In this document: positions 14,126 to 26,894 of the stretch, in pieces
Numbering within the stretch: the first letter of the stretch is position 1
Layout: every line of letters begins with the position of its first letter
Assembly (NCBI RefSeq): GCF_037042905.1
Contig: NC_087251.1
Span: forward strand, 33,606,001-33,670,000
Direction of reading: 5' to 3'
Length of the DNA stretch: 64,000 nucleotides
Source of the DNA: Lytechinus pictus
Taxonomy: Eukaryota
The notes under the pieces: generated by a model
The model's input: only the letters and a program-made list of their open reading frames with translations
What the model was told of the DNA's origin: nothing
Database searches by the model: none
Translations under genes and position numbers: made by a program

Positions 14126-16429
14126 TTAACATTGCTAAAGGCTTTAAAGATGGGTCCAACATTTTTCTGAATCCAAGACTCAGGCCATTTACCCCTCAAG
14201 AACAACCTGTATGGGGGTCTATCCAAATCAACAACCAAATATTCAATGTTCCTACCATCAATGCCACCAAAGTCTCCTAACTTTATCTCTCCCTTCGCAA
14301 TAAACCCTCCACAAAGTCACACACAATCGAAATCAATCTCCAAGATCAATCTCACGAACAACCCTCCCCCCCTGAAAAAAAGTCATCAACCCCGGAAGAC
14401 ATCCTACCTTCTGGGCTAGATCGAAGAACAGGTCTAAAGAAATAACAAACACAGGGATGGTTTGAATTTAGTCTGGGTGAAATTGAGTATGAAGAGTAAG
14501 ACCCAAGGGGTTAAGGTGCCCTCTGGTTGGCCGAGGGACATTGCTTGTTGGTTTTGCATTTGTGAATAAAATTGGGAATTTTCTCTGCGACGACAACGAT
14601 AAAGCGGCTCCCCCTTACAACGTCGCACGGTTAAAGTTCCAAGTCTGCTGTACGGTTTCCAAGTTATTTAAGAATAACGTAGTACAAATTTGAAATGGTA
14701 GGTCAAGTCATCCAAGAATTTGCCAATTGCAATATAACTGTTAAAAACTACCCTGTTTATTCATAGGTAGCATAAGTCAGCCTATGTCATTGAACACAAG
14801 CAGAAACAAAGAAGAGATAATGATATTTTGCTTGAAATAAAGAATCTATGGGATATACATCAGTGGTATTCAGTCTTTTATGGTGAACATTGTTTGAAAA
14901 GCAGGTATTACTGCCAAATGAAACTGCCTTGAAATACAATTAAGACAATTTCAATAAACTAATCCATGATTGAGTGAATACAAAATTGTTAAACTTTTAA
15001 GCCTATTTAATTGAAACGTGTAAGCCTAAATGCATTCATTTACTCTTTCTTCTTGACAATGTCAAACATTACCTCTGAAAAATATCTGATTGCTTTTCAA
15101 GTCAATATAGGCATAAGTCGGGTGCATTGGCCCACTTGAGCATATGCTCGCAAACTTTCATTTATTCACTATACCATGTTCTAACAGCCATGCTCTTGAC
15201 ATCAACATGCACGTATGTTCGACTCCTAAATTGAATTGGTATACATTTCCCTTCCTCTCGCTAACAAAATAATACTCCCCTCTATCTGGCATAGGGAGGT
15301 CAAGCGCATGTCAAGGACATTATGAAATTTGAGTATAACAACAAAAACAGCAAGGTTCAAGACGAAGAGGAGTAGTTGACATGCCGAACATTAATACTCC
15401 TACCATATTAGATCCTGCCTTCTACTTTTTGTTTTTGTAGAGACAATAATTTTGTAACCGTTCAATAATACAAACTATATTACGGACTAATATTCTATTA
15501 AATCTAAGGAGTGGTGACCAGTAATTCCTAATTAATCCACTAATTTTTTTAACAGAATAAAATGGGTGGGGGAAAAGATTTAGTAATAGCCTCTCTCGGT
15601 ATATCATTTCTCTACATAAAGGCCCTTTAGACAATTACCATGGTAATTTTATTGTATCAGAAAGCAACCTGCAAAGATATTTTATGAAATGTTTGTTCCA
15701 TTTTATACTTAAAGATCAATAATTCAATAATTTAATCAATAATTTGAGAATCTAAACGTTGACAGTTATACTGCAAAAGTTTATCAATAAATATTAGATT
15801 TCATATAACACCTTTCATTCACAAATAAAAAAAAAATGTTTTTTTGCGATAAAATCTTTCATATCAAGGTATATAAATTAACAGTAATATATTGGATTTC
15901 ATCAATTTAACTTATTGAATTGATTGAATCAAAATGACATATTTTTTTAATGGTCACAATTGGGGATAAGGGGAGAGACAAACAGTAATGGTTTTTCATA
16001 AAATAAGAAAATTGCAAGCTTCCATACATGCATTTTAGGATATATAATGAGTCAATTTCATATGATACATGTAGATCACACATTTACTCCATCCCTTATT
16101 CAAAAAGTCTTTATACAATCATATCGTAATTACCCTTTCTATTTTAAACCACCTAGGCTTATTCAGGATCCATAGAAGTGAATGAAAAAAGTTATTACAA
16201 TGCATGATTCAGTGGATCTCCCTTCTTTAGAAAATCATACAGAATATGTTAAGAACAATAGTAACCTGAAATTTTTTTTGAAAATGCTTTTCCTCTTTTT
16301 CAGTTGCCACCCCCCCCCCAAAAAAAAAAATTATATTCTTCTGTCTTTGATTCACCTACCTTCGGTTTTAGTTATTTCATCTGTTTTACCTTTCACTCCT
16401 TATTGCATTATATCCTTATATCCTTTAAA

Positions 16430-16645
16430 AATCTTCCTCTCCTATATTTCCTTTTTTTTTGTATTCCTTCTTGTTCTTACCTTATCCCCTCATTCTGCCG
16501 TCCGATCTTTCTGCCCCCCACCCTCTTTCTTTCTCTCTCCTTCTTTTTCCATCTTCTCAATCTACATCTACCTCCATCTCTATCTCTCTCTCTTCCTCCC
16601 TTCCTCTCTCTCCACCTCTATCTCACACTCTCCACTGTCTTTCCT
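16430..16645. repeat. CT-rich low-complexity tract
   Basis: Polypyrimidine sequence that gives rise to spurious L/S/F/P-rich ORFs. Confidence 0.85.
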
Positions 16646-17949
16646 AAGCACTTTCGCTTGTCTGAGGTTACATTACCCGGAGGGATAGATCCAAAAGAAG
16701 AAAGACTTCTTGAACCTTGACCAAGAAAGGAGCACATTGAATTGCAAATGCAACCCAGAGAGCAAGAGCCCGTCATCCGACACCCAACATGTACATCTGA
16801 AATGGGTTGGCTACATACTCCCCCCAAAAAAGGTTGACAAATAGCATGGCGTGTCCTGCAGATTGGATCTAAAAACAGAATGTCTTCAAATAGGCTGACA
16901 GGCTCTTTCTAAGGACATTAATAATTACTCTATTTTCACTCAAGAATTAGGGAACGTTCCTAAATTAAAAACCACAGTCTGGATAAATAGAACAAAAATG
17001 TTTGGTTTTTTTTTAATATTTTAGCAGAAAAATAACTAGGAATCCCTACAAATAGGAAGTACACTATTTAATCAATTATAATTATCAAATATTTGTTGCA
17101 AATTACTAAAGTAGTAAGGCTTTCTATATCTGCATTTATTATTATTGTATATTTGTGGATATAATTGCATTAACTTACCCAATAAAAATAATATTTGATG
17201 AAAAAACATCCAATCTCAAAGCAGTAGAAACATTAATCCCAATTCATTTGATGATCATGCATAAATTGTGATTATCAGTTTACATCCGGGGAATGGTCCA
17301 CATCCAAATGAAATTGGTCTCTACTTTCTTATAATGACTGACCACTCATGATCTTGAATATGACAACAATTCTAGAGCTACAAAATATGGAAAATGACTC
17401 TGGATCAAAATGTGTGCAAAGTATACCTATACCTACCCAAATCCCCATTTCTAATGCATAATCATAAATCTAATCATTCTTAAAGTGAATGAATTGGTAC
17501 TGAATACAAAACAAATTTCATTCCTTAAGATAGAAAAAAAAGTTAACTTTATTATTGACAAAATTACATTCTACTTTCATGATATTCTCTTTTTTAAAAG
17601 CATTATTAAGTCCCTGACCAGAACACAAGTAGCGCATATCAACTAGAATATTCATAGACGGGGACATTACTTTGTGAGGGATAGCACGGTAACACTTCTG
17701 GTCTAGCAATTAAGCAACTCATCAACCCAAATCTAAGGCCCATTTTTCATTAAACCATGGCGAAAGACACTCTCTCCAAGCGAGAGGAATATTGTATACA
17801 CATGAGAGCATAGAAGACGAGGAGAAATGAGTCAACAGCTGGGCATTTCATGCAGGGGGATCTATGCATGATATACTAGGCCAAGATTATCTGAAATTGT
17901 AGCACTGAGAGCTTGGTAAATTACACCGAGCATGGGGTAGTTTGCACAA

Positions 17950-18230
17950 TAAATTTCTAATGCGGAGCTGCGTAGACAACAGATGATGGGGAAGGAGGGC
18001 GAATGCAGCACGCGTGCAACGAGAAGGGATTTACTGGGAGAGAGAGATGAGCATAAGCCCGGTAATTTATTACCCGCCATGCAGAGCGTGGAGGATACGT
18101 AGCCCGTGCTTACGCTCTCTATTCTCGCTGCTCTGCCTCCGCCGCCATGCTACTGCACACTCCTGCATCAATTGATTATGTAGGTCATGTGACTATTATA
18201 TGGCGGAGAGGGTCCAATGCCAAGGTCGGG
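17950..18230. promoter_or_regulatory. CpG-richer promoter/enhancer-like island
   Basis: Three CCGCCAT/ATGGCGG YY1-like cores near 18074, 18143 and 18200. RORE TATGTAGGTCA at 18177-18187 overlaps GTCATGTGAC (M-box/E-box type) at 18184-18193. Confidence 0.3.
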
Positions 18231-18239
18231 GCAGATCAA

Positions 18240-18500
18240 GAGGGTGGAGGAAGAGAAGGAGAGGGAGAGAAAGGGAGGGGGGGAGAGAAATGACTGCGAA
18301 GAGCAAAGAATGACAAGAGTGGACAGAATAGATCAGAATTAAAAGATTATTGGAGAGCTTGGAATGAGAACAAAAAGGAGGGCTAAAAAAAATCAAGAAT
18401 AGAAATTTGAAGAGAAGGGAGAGGAAAGGAAGGATATGTGCAAGCAAGAAACAGATCATAATAGAGTCAAATGAAGAAGGGACAAGGAGAGGAAAGATAA
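18240..18500. repeat. GA-rich low-complexity tract
   Basis: Polypurine sequence. Confidence 0.8.
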
Positions 18501-19045
18501 AACCAAAAATTTAAGGGTGGAGGCGAAATAAATGTTGACACTCCGTAGATATTAATTGACTCAGACAAAAAAATAATAAGTTATGAAGGTTACAAAATGC
18601 CCCCTTCTCCTTTAATACTTCTTAACACAAGAAGCAGGAAATGGAAGAATTTTTTTTTAATACGAAGATCCTTTGTTTAGTATATACATGAGCATTTAAT
18701 GATGACGAATGATTCTGAGATACCCCTACTCAAATGATGTACCCTGATGTGTATCAACGCATTGGAAGTTTGCTGCAGATGGGTCACCGGAAAGGCCTTG
18801 AGTGGTTGAACAAGATGGAAAGATGAGGAAGTCAGGAAGGAGGGAGACATCATTAGCAGTTCAAGTGCTCCCATCAAAAAAAAAAGAAAGAAACGGGGAG
18901 GTCAAGTGAATCTAGAGAAAAGTGGCTGGAGAGAGGAATAGATATGAGAGGATGGTTACATGGAAAGAGGTTTGCTAAGAGGTTCAAGACGGGGTAGACA
19001 GTCGAGATGTACCAAGGACACTGGAGGATGCCCCAGAAGGTCCAG

Positions 19046-19183
19046 AAAAGCACTTTTCATGGAACAATTTTCTTAGATTGTGATTAGAACCTGTTACAAG
19101 CTACTGAAATCCTTACATGTGATTGGCTGGGTGCAAATTTTGACAGTGGAAATCACGGATGAATCAATCCATGAAATGCTTCT
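19046..19183. mobile_element. Harbinger-like MITE with CAG TSD
   Basis: CAG|aaaagcacttttcatgga ... tccatgaaatgcttct|CAG, with core gctactgaaatccttacatgtgattggct. Confidence 0.7.
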
Positions 19184-22100
19184 CAGGTGTTGGAAGGGTG
19201 TTTGGGATTTCTTGGTCATTCCGGAAAACTACACGTTTGGAGGAATGTAAGAGTAGATCGTAGCTGAGTGTTGGTGACAAAGAAATTCTTTTAAGTGATT
19301 GTAAAAAGAAGGTATGTGTGAGAACATTTTTTTAAAAAGAAATTATATTAAACCTTTTGGAACAAGAAAACATAATATAGGAAGAATTTCTTGGCAAAAA
19401 AGGAAACATAAAATGAAATGAATTAATAAAGAATCATGGGCTATTTGCTAAATGACAACTAGATAGCTATTCATCTGTGAATGCATTTAATCACATCAAT
19501 GTTTCAAATTACTCTTTGATTATTCTACATTGTGAAATAAAATTGATATGGAAGAGTAGCAGCACCTGGATGCACATCCATGCCAATTATAGTGATTTAG
19601 AGCCATTCCTATTCTAAACATGTCCTAATGTACTTTGACACCTTCCACCACTGGAGGTGATCAGTTTAATAGACCATCAGGTGCAACATTCCCATCGCGT
19701 TGGAAATGAAATCATATGTTAGCACCTGTGAGGAAGCTCTACACCACGAGAGGGCTTGATGAAGAGGACTAAGGGGGGAAAGGGGGGATCCATTACACCT
19801 GTATGACCTATCTTGTGGCCCCGTCTCAATGTCAAGGTTGTCTAAGATAGGATGAAAGATGGACGGGAAGGAAGGAGGGGATGAAACCAGGGAGTGAGCA
19901 GCGGACACCGACAGTGATGAGGCCATTAGGTTACTCAATGACACCCAATAAAAAAGATCCAGAGTGATCTAATCTTGTCCCTAAGGCATTCTGCGATCCT
20001 CAACTCCTAACCAACACCCTGGGCAGAGAATCCTATCACTCTTGATACCCACTTTCAGCCAATGCTGTGGACTAGTTTTTGAGGAAAACAAGTTTCCTTT
20101 CTTTGGAAAGATACAAAAAGGTACAAAGCTAGGTTTGCACAACAAAAGGTTAAATTCTCTGCACCACTGATTTCTTATCTTACTTTATCTGTAATGAGAC
20201 TGCAATAAATTTTAGTTTAAATATATCCAATAATTTAGATAACTATCCAAGGGAAGAAATGTTTTTTTGCAAGTGTAATTCATTAAAGAAAAAAAAATTG
20301 ACTTCCAATTCAAGGAGAAATCCTGACTTGAAACTCTCACCAAGCTCTCAATGACACTTAGGGATAGGTTTACTGCAAATTCTATTCAAGTTCAGAGGAG
20401 TCCTTTGAAGGGGTACTCCAGATTCAATTATAGTGACCTACTTAATTTTCAAAGATAACTTAACAGCAAGCAAAGCTATATCATTAATGTGCTCTCCGCT
20501 TCTCTCCAGCATTGTCAAAAGCTCCGAATGAGGTGAGCAAACGCGGGGATCGCTTACCGATGGTGTTGATATGAATTGGAAATGTGGAATCGGGTAATCA
20601 TTAGCAGCAATCCATGCGGTGTCAGGGGCAGGTAGAGTTTCTCTGAACTTCAGCCGATAAGTGGCTTGAGGATGGGGGGTCAGAGAGGGGTGAAGAACTG
20701 CCCCAAGGGTTGCACTGATGGAAGGGACATCCAGGTCATTGCAAACAAGTCTTTGGTCATGATCGGTCAAGGAACGCCAAAAGCTCACACCGCACTTGTT
20801 TGCGACCAACAGCACCAAGTTCAAATATCACAATGGAGGGATTATCTTCAGGATTATCCCTCAAAATTGCAGCATTTCAAGTCAAAGATCGCCAAATGCT
20901 ACACTCAGTCACACCTGTTGCAGTATTAGTTACAGTGACGAGACTAAAATAACTGCAACTTCCCATTAAAAACATGCTTCAAAACTCAATAGTTCAAATC
21001 TTCCTCTTCCTTCTCCTTCCCATATTTGATACAGCTCATGATGATACCGAGCCCAAAACTCATTCTTTATTTTCCATGTCATACAAATCAAAATCAAATC
21101 AATCCATTGAAACAAAAGATACTGCATATATGTACAGACTGAGGAGACACCAAGGCAACTGTAGGCCTACAACCTTTGTACGGTCTCCACATAGCCTCTA
21201 TATGACGTACCCCTTGAGAACATGTAAGAAACTGTACGATGCCAACAGAAAATGTGAACACATAGAAGTTATCTGCGATGCCCCCAAAATCATTCAAAAT
21301 TGTAGATTATAAGGTAGCTAGGGCATATTCGTATCTATCCATGCACTTCAATGTGACCTAAGCATCGAGGACTTTTGGACATTTGGATTGTTTATTACCT
21401 TAACTTTACGGGAAAATGTATGTACATGTACCTCCCGTTACTTTAAGAATTCAACTCCAAACAGTTCATGAAGTATCCAAGAATTGAACAGCTGGATGCC
21501 TGTATTAGGATGAACTTGAAACTGCCATTTTAAGGACAATTGTCCTCTGGAAGCTAAATGTACAAATTGACAAATAAGATAGAGCAATTCAAACCCAGTT
21601 ACTGAACAACAACATCATGATACATGACAAGGAGTACCACAGGCTATAGATGACTAATACTGCAAATCCTACATTCTACAATCAAATAAATCAATTACAA
21701 AGGCCTTTTACCTCTTTTTCCACCTCTTCTCTCTTTCTTTTTGTCATTCTTTCTCTCCCTCTCTCTATCTATCTGCGAGTCTCTATTGCATTTTCATTCC
21801 ATCTCCCTGTCTCTTGTGTGTTCACTCTATTCAGACTCAAAGTCCAAACAACCTGCCACAGGCCAAGAATTTTCAACGCAAAAATTTTGTTTTTATACCA
21901 ATGAATTATGATCATAGTCATCACAAGCACTCTTTTTTCTTCATCTGTTTCTGATTTGTTTGGTTTGGATTTTCCATTGCATTCAGAAGAGTACCCCCAC
22001 GGTTTAAACCTGTACACCATTGATAGCTCTTTGTCATCGCTAAACCGTCTACTTCCTGTACCAATAACGCTCAGGTGAAGTGCACAAAGATCATATTTAT

Positions 22101-23589
22101 CGCAGCAAAAATATTTGAATTATTTGCCTTGATTGGGTCTATATACAGCGTAAGCCTCATTGCTCCAGGGGTTGAAGATTATGGAAGAGGACTTGCCAGT
22201 AAATACATGAAAAGAAACCTTTCTGCCTGTTTATGGTAAATTAGTTTCTGGAATGAGTAGTAATATCAAATCCAAAAAGCAAAGGCAAATATAAGGAGTC
22301 TCATGCCTGACAAACATGTTAGTGATATTCCATGACATACATGTAACAGATAGTCATAACATGCTTGCTTTTGTTTTAAGACTTGGGATTTGATGATAGT
22401 CCAAGGTATAAACTTGGCTCGAGAATAAGAAATGTAACCACTATGAGCATATTGCAAGCCACAGATTACAGAGTCATAATCTTATAACTCAATTCATCGT
22501 TACCAATCATCATTACCAAATCATCGTAATCACATCTTTATTACATGCACAAGGTTGATGAAAAAAGTTGTGTATAAATTAAAAGGTTTCTTAAATAGTT
22601 CTATTGGTAATAGGCCTAAATGGATCCATTTATATATCAGTTGAGGTTTCTTATCTAGAGTACAATAAATGAAAGTTAATCCTAGCTTTACATACAATAG
22701 AAGAAATGTGAGAGAAGTCATTACAGAATACATGGATGAATGAGTTTAAATAAAATGTGTTTTCCTTTCAGTTATCTTTATTTTAATAAGGCAAGTCCAC
22801 AATCATAGTAATCCAACGTTCTAGAGTGACCTTTGACCACCCCAATTAACCCCATGCACATATTCATCTTCAATAGGAGGTGAGGCTGGTTAGCAGGATG
22901 GAAGCTCCCATCCCCTCAAGGCGGCATCAAAAGAAGTTGGTAGATATTAAAAAACGTTACCTAGCGACTGATGCCATTATACCTCCTTTCGCTGCAGTAC
23001 AACTCACCATATTATCCTCAATACCCAGATCCATGGCTGTGATTTCTTGCCCCCTAAGGCTTCAGGTTTGTCATGTCAGTGACCCCCCCCCCCCCCCACT
23101 CTCCCTGCTTTATTCCTCTATCACCCTCAAAGCGAAAGCTGCGACAAAAAGCCTCTTTAGCTTGGGTTTGCGCTGAACAAGATGGGAGGGACGTAGTCTC
23201 CCATGACAGTCTCCAAGGCGTATTGAATACACTGTCACTAGGTTGACAAAGGGTTAAATCAATCTAAAGGAGGCCAGTGGTTTGCTGCACTAGTGTCAGA
23301 GGATATTGGACAGAGGTTCAAATCTGAATAGAGTTGGCCAAGGACTACACTGGCGGTCTGGTGCTCATCCATAGATATGGGATTGGGCACGAGGTTTGAA
23401 CCAAGGAACTACAGAGAATGTGGGAAGCAGAATGGCTACCTCTTTATATAATCACCTGCTTAAGCTGTAGCACACAGGCCAAAATTCCCAGCTAGAATTG
23501 GGTTAAGTAAGCCTCATCTGGGAACATTTGGCTCTGTGACGATGGAGGAGCGAGAAAAGGAATGGGAGAACTGCTTGACAATTAGAGAT

Positions 23590-24260
23590 CTCACTGTCTC
23601 TTCTTTTTCTATTTTTCTCACTCTTTCTTTATCCATCATATATCAGCTATCTCCCATTTATTGCATGTTTCTATCCACCTCTTCCCTCAGTCTTTACCTT
23701 TCTTCTTATACCCTTCATTATTCTATTCATCTCCATCTCCATCTTGATAACACTTTGATTGGACAAATCTTGAATCCTCTCTCTACATTTATTTTCTATC
23801 TTTATTTTTTATAGGTATCTCACCACCTCTTTCCCCTTGTTCTTCACCTTTCTACACCTTTCCTTCATTTATTCAGTTTCCCTTCCTTCTCTCTCTCTCC
23901 TCTGTCCCTCTCTTCCCTCACTCATATCACCTGGGATGGAGATGGGGAGGGTAGGAAGGGGTGGTTGAAACATGGACATGGTTGAAAGGAGAAGAGGGTG
24001 AATAAACCTGGCCTACCATCCCCCAGTGATCAGAGTAACTTGCTTCATCCCTGCCCCTCCTCTCATCTCTTGGGCTCCCCTTGTTGTCCAGGGGGCAACA
24101 TGAGCCACACTACGGCCTTCAACATGGGAAACTTGACCCATTTGACATTTGTCTCGCGCTCTTTCTGTCTCTATCTGTCTAGTCTTGCTTCTCCTCAACC
24201 CCCCCCTTCTCTCTCCCTCCCCCCTCTCTCCCTCCCCCCTCTCTCCCTCTCTCCACATGA
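23590..24260. repeat. CT-rich low-complexity region with a short purine-rich interruption
   Basis: Base composition and ctctctccctcccc repeats at 24205-24255. Confidence 0.75.
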
Positions 24261-25774
24261 TCATTCTCTGATCATCTCGTCCCTATTACCCATTTCGAAA
24301 CGGCTCAATCATTCTTTCATCCTATTCCACATCCCATCATCAAAGAATCCACTGACTACCATCTATCCCAAGAGCTGAAACCTTAACCAGCTTCGATACA
24401 TCATCCTCCACATCAGACACTCCATTCATGCATGGTTTCTCAATTGGAACTCATGCAATGTAATTTGCACTATTGCATTAATGTGCCCTGCTTGCTCCCT
24501 GTTCTGGAATACTTGTAGGTCACTGCTGAACAATAGGGTTTCCCACAAGGGTTCCCCAGGGTTGAGGTCAATGGTGTCATAGCCCTGCATTACAGACAAT
24601 ACATAGGGGTCAATAAACAATAGGTTAGTCTCCTAACTGGATGCTGAAGGTGACCATACATTTACAAACCACTAATAGAGTCAAATCACCCTTGCCATAT
24701 GCTTAAATGGTTCGTAAAAGAGATAGACACGGCCGTAATTCCCCTAATTTTCATGTTTAGGAAGAATTAGTCATTAACATTGTGACTTAAAGACCTACAG
24801 GTTGCCTTACATAGCATCACATATTTTTCTACGTATACCATAAGTTTGTCACAATTATACAATTGTGTGACTAGAATGTTCTTTTCAACAAAATTTTAAA
24901 TGACCCCCCCCCCCCCTGAGAGCCGAATGTACAAGTGAAATATACAATGCTGTAGTCAGCGAACGAACAAGAGGGTTAGGATTGACAAAGGGCTTGTGCT
25001 CAGGAAGGAACACTCTAATACAGCTAGCTGGCAAAGAGGAAGAACCCGTCAAGGCTAATTCATTCTACACATGATCATAGCTCTTGGACTTCAGCAATAG
25101 GTAAAAACTACTCTCGATGCAATATAGAGAAACATAATAATGTCACAGTTACACCAATGAAACCGGCCACTTGTATTATCATTGGTAATAACGTAATTGT
25201 TTTTGTTATAAATATAAATTATTGAAAATAATTTTTTGTTATCATAAAACGATTGTGAAATAACCACTCACAAAATATGAACAGATTTAATAAATCTTTA
25301 CATCATTCCTCTCTCTATGATTTCATATATTCGCAAGGTAATTAAAAGGCTTTCAAACAACACCAACAACTATTAAAGAGTACGGCTCTTTCTGTAAACC
25401 ATTTCCAACTGCAAATATAATGCAATGGGCTGTTTCCTTTTCAAATTATAAATATATTTCTCAATAATCTACAGATATTACTAAACTTTTGTGCATATTC
25501 ATCCACTTGTCTATCCAAACAGGTTATGGTGTACCTCACTAGTCCAATCTAAAGCTTGGGCCTAACCCCCTATTGAGACGAGGTTGCCAATTTGGCTGCC
25601 ATCCAGAGTAGTGATTCAGTGCAGTAGGAATCCATCCCTAAACATGTTGGGATGATATGCAGGTTTCTGGTCTAGCATTTACTTTTTTTTTCTTCATTAT
25701 TTTTATTCTTTTATTTATTTATTTTTTTTTTGTATTTATTTTTTCATTCAGAAGATGATGGAAGAGGTTATTCT

Positions 25775-25894
25775 GGGCCCTGTCGCATAAAGCTTAGCGA
25801 TTAATCATAAGGCTGATTTCTCCGATGACTTTTGTGTATGATCAATTGTAAAAATGTCCTAATGATCCATTACTAAGCTGTATGTTGCAGGAAC
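25775..25894. mobile_element. Degenerate Harbinger-like MITE
   Basis: gggccctgtcgcataaagcttag versus ctaagctgtatgttgcaggaac form imperfect TIRs. Confidence 0.5.
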
Positions 25895-26260
25895 GTACTC
25901 TAGTTATATTACCAACCATGGATGGGAAAAATAACAACAAGGATGTTGCTCTATTAGTGAGAATTCCAACTCAGCGTGGTGTCTATCCATTCTATTAGTT
26001 TCCCCATCTCAATGTTTAAAGGGAATGCTTATTCTAAATAAAAATAGAAAAGCTTAGTGAATTTTCACTTGCTTTTCACTCCCCTTTGTAGTGACGTAAA
26101 GGATCATTCCATTTGGAGTGAATTTAAAAAAAAAAAAAAAAAAAAAGAGTGAAATTCATTTTTTTAATGCCAAAGAACACTGTTCCAATAACAAGATTGT
26201 ATTTCTTACTTTTATCTATTTTTTTTTTTTTTGGGGGGGGGGGAATAGGGGATATTCTTT

Positions 26261-26395
26261 GGGAGCATTTCATGTTACAAGTAGTCAGTAAATATCATTA
26301 ACTATTTTTGTTCTGAGCCAATCAGATACAAGGATTTCACTAGCTTTATAACATATTGTCAGTGAAAATCTCAATTTGTTTCATGGAAGCGCTCC
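26261..26395. mobile_element. Harbinger-like MITE (same family as 19046 and 57156, opposite orientation)
   Basis: gggagcatttcatg ... catggaagcgctcc, with core agccaatcagatacaaggatttcactagct. Confidence 0.7.
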
Positions 26396-26894
26396 TAGTT
26401 AGCTGGACCTATACATTTCAGCGTTCATAGCCAGAGAATATGTCACATGAAAACACCTTCCCAATCAGTGCTGAATACAAACGTGAGCTGAAATCTGAGA
26501 TAGACAAAACATGTGCTGATAGGAACCATCAATGTTTGAGCTTGAACTCTGGGCAAAGTTTGACATTGAATTAGCTGAACTTGGCAGCTACAAATCTTGG
26601 CTTAGGATTCTCAAGTACTGTAATTACTCAGGATTTATACAATGTTCACACAGGGAGTGCACTGATGGGATGTGACAATGGGCACGATTGTCATAATTGC
26701 ACCACAGTACTTACAAATCTACATCACACGATCTCTAAATTGTGTGTTTTCATAATTTTATTGTATTGCAGGGATTTCTCTTGTTCAATATTTGGCAATC
26801 TGTCAAATTAGTTTCGAAATCATGGCTAATCCCGTATTCAAACTGAGAAAGCATACCATATGCTTACATGCACATTTGTTTGCATGCATTATAA

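Noticed and set aside
13536..14170. Duplicated protein LSFGCNWLVHIT... on both strands
   Set aside because: It is a translation of the two TIRs of the Kolobok-like element.
18141..18293. Plus-strand GCCGCCATG perfect Kozak ORF
   Set aside because: It runs into a GA-rich tract and stops after fewer than 50 codons. The motif is equally explained as a YY1-like site.
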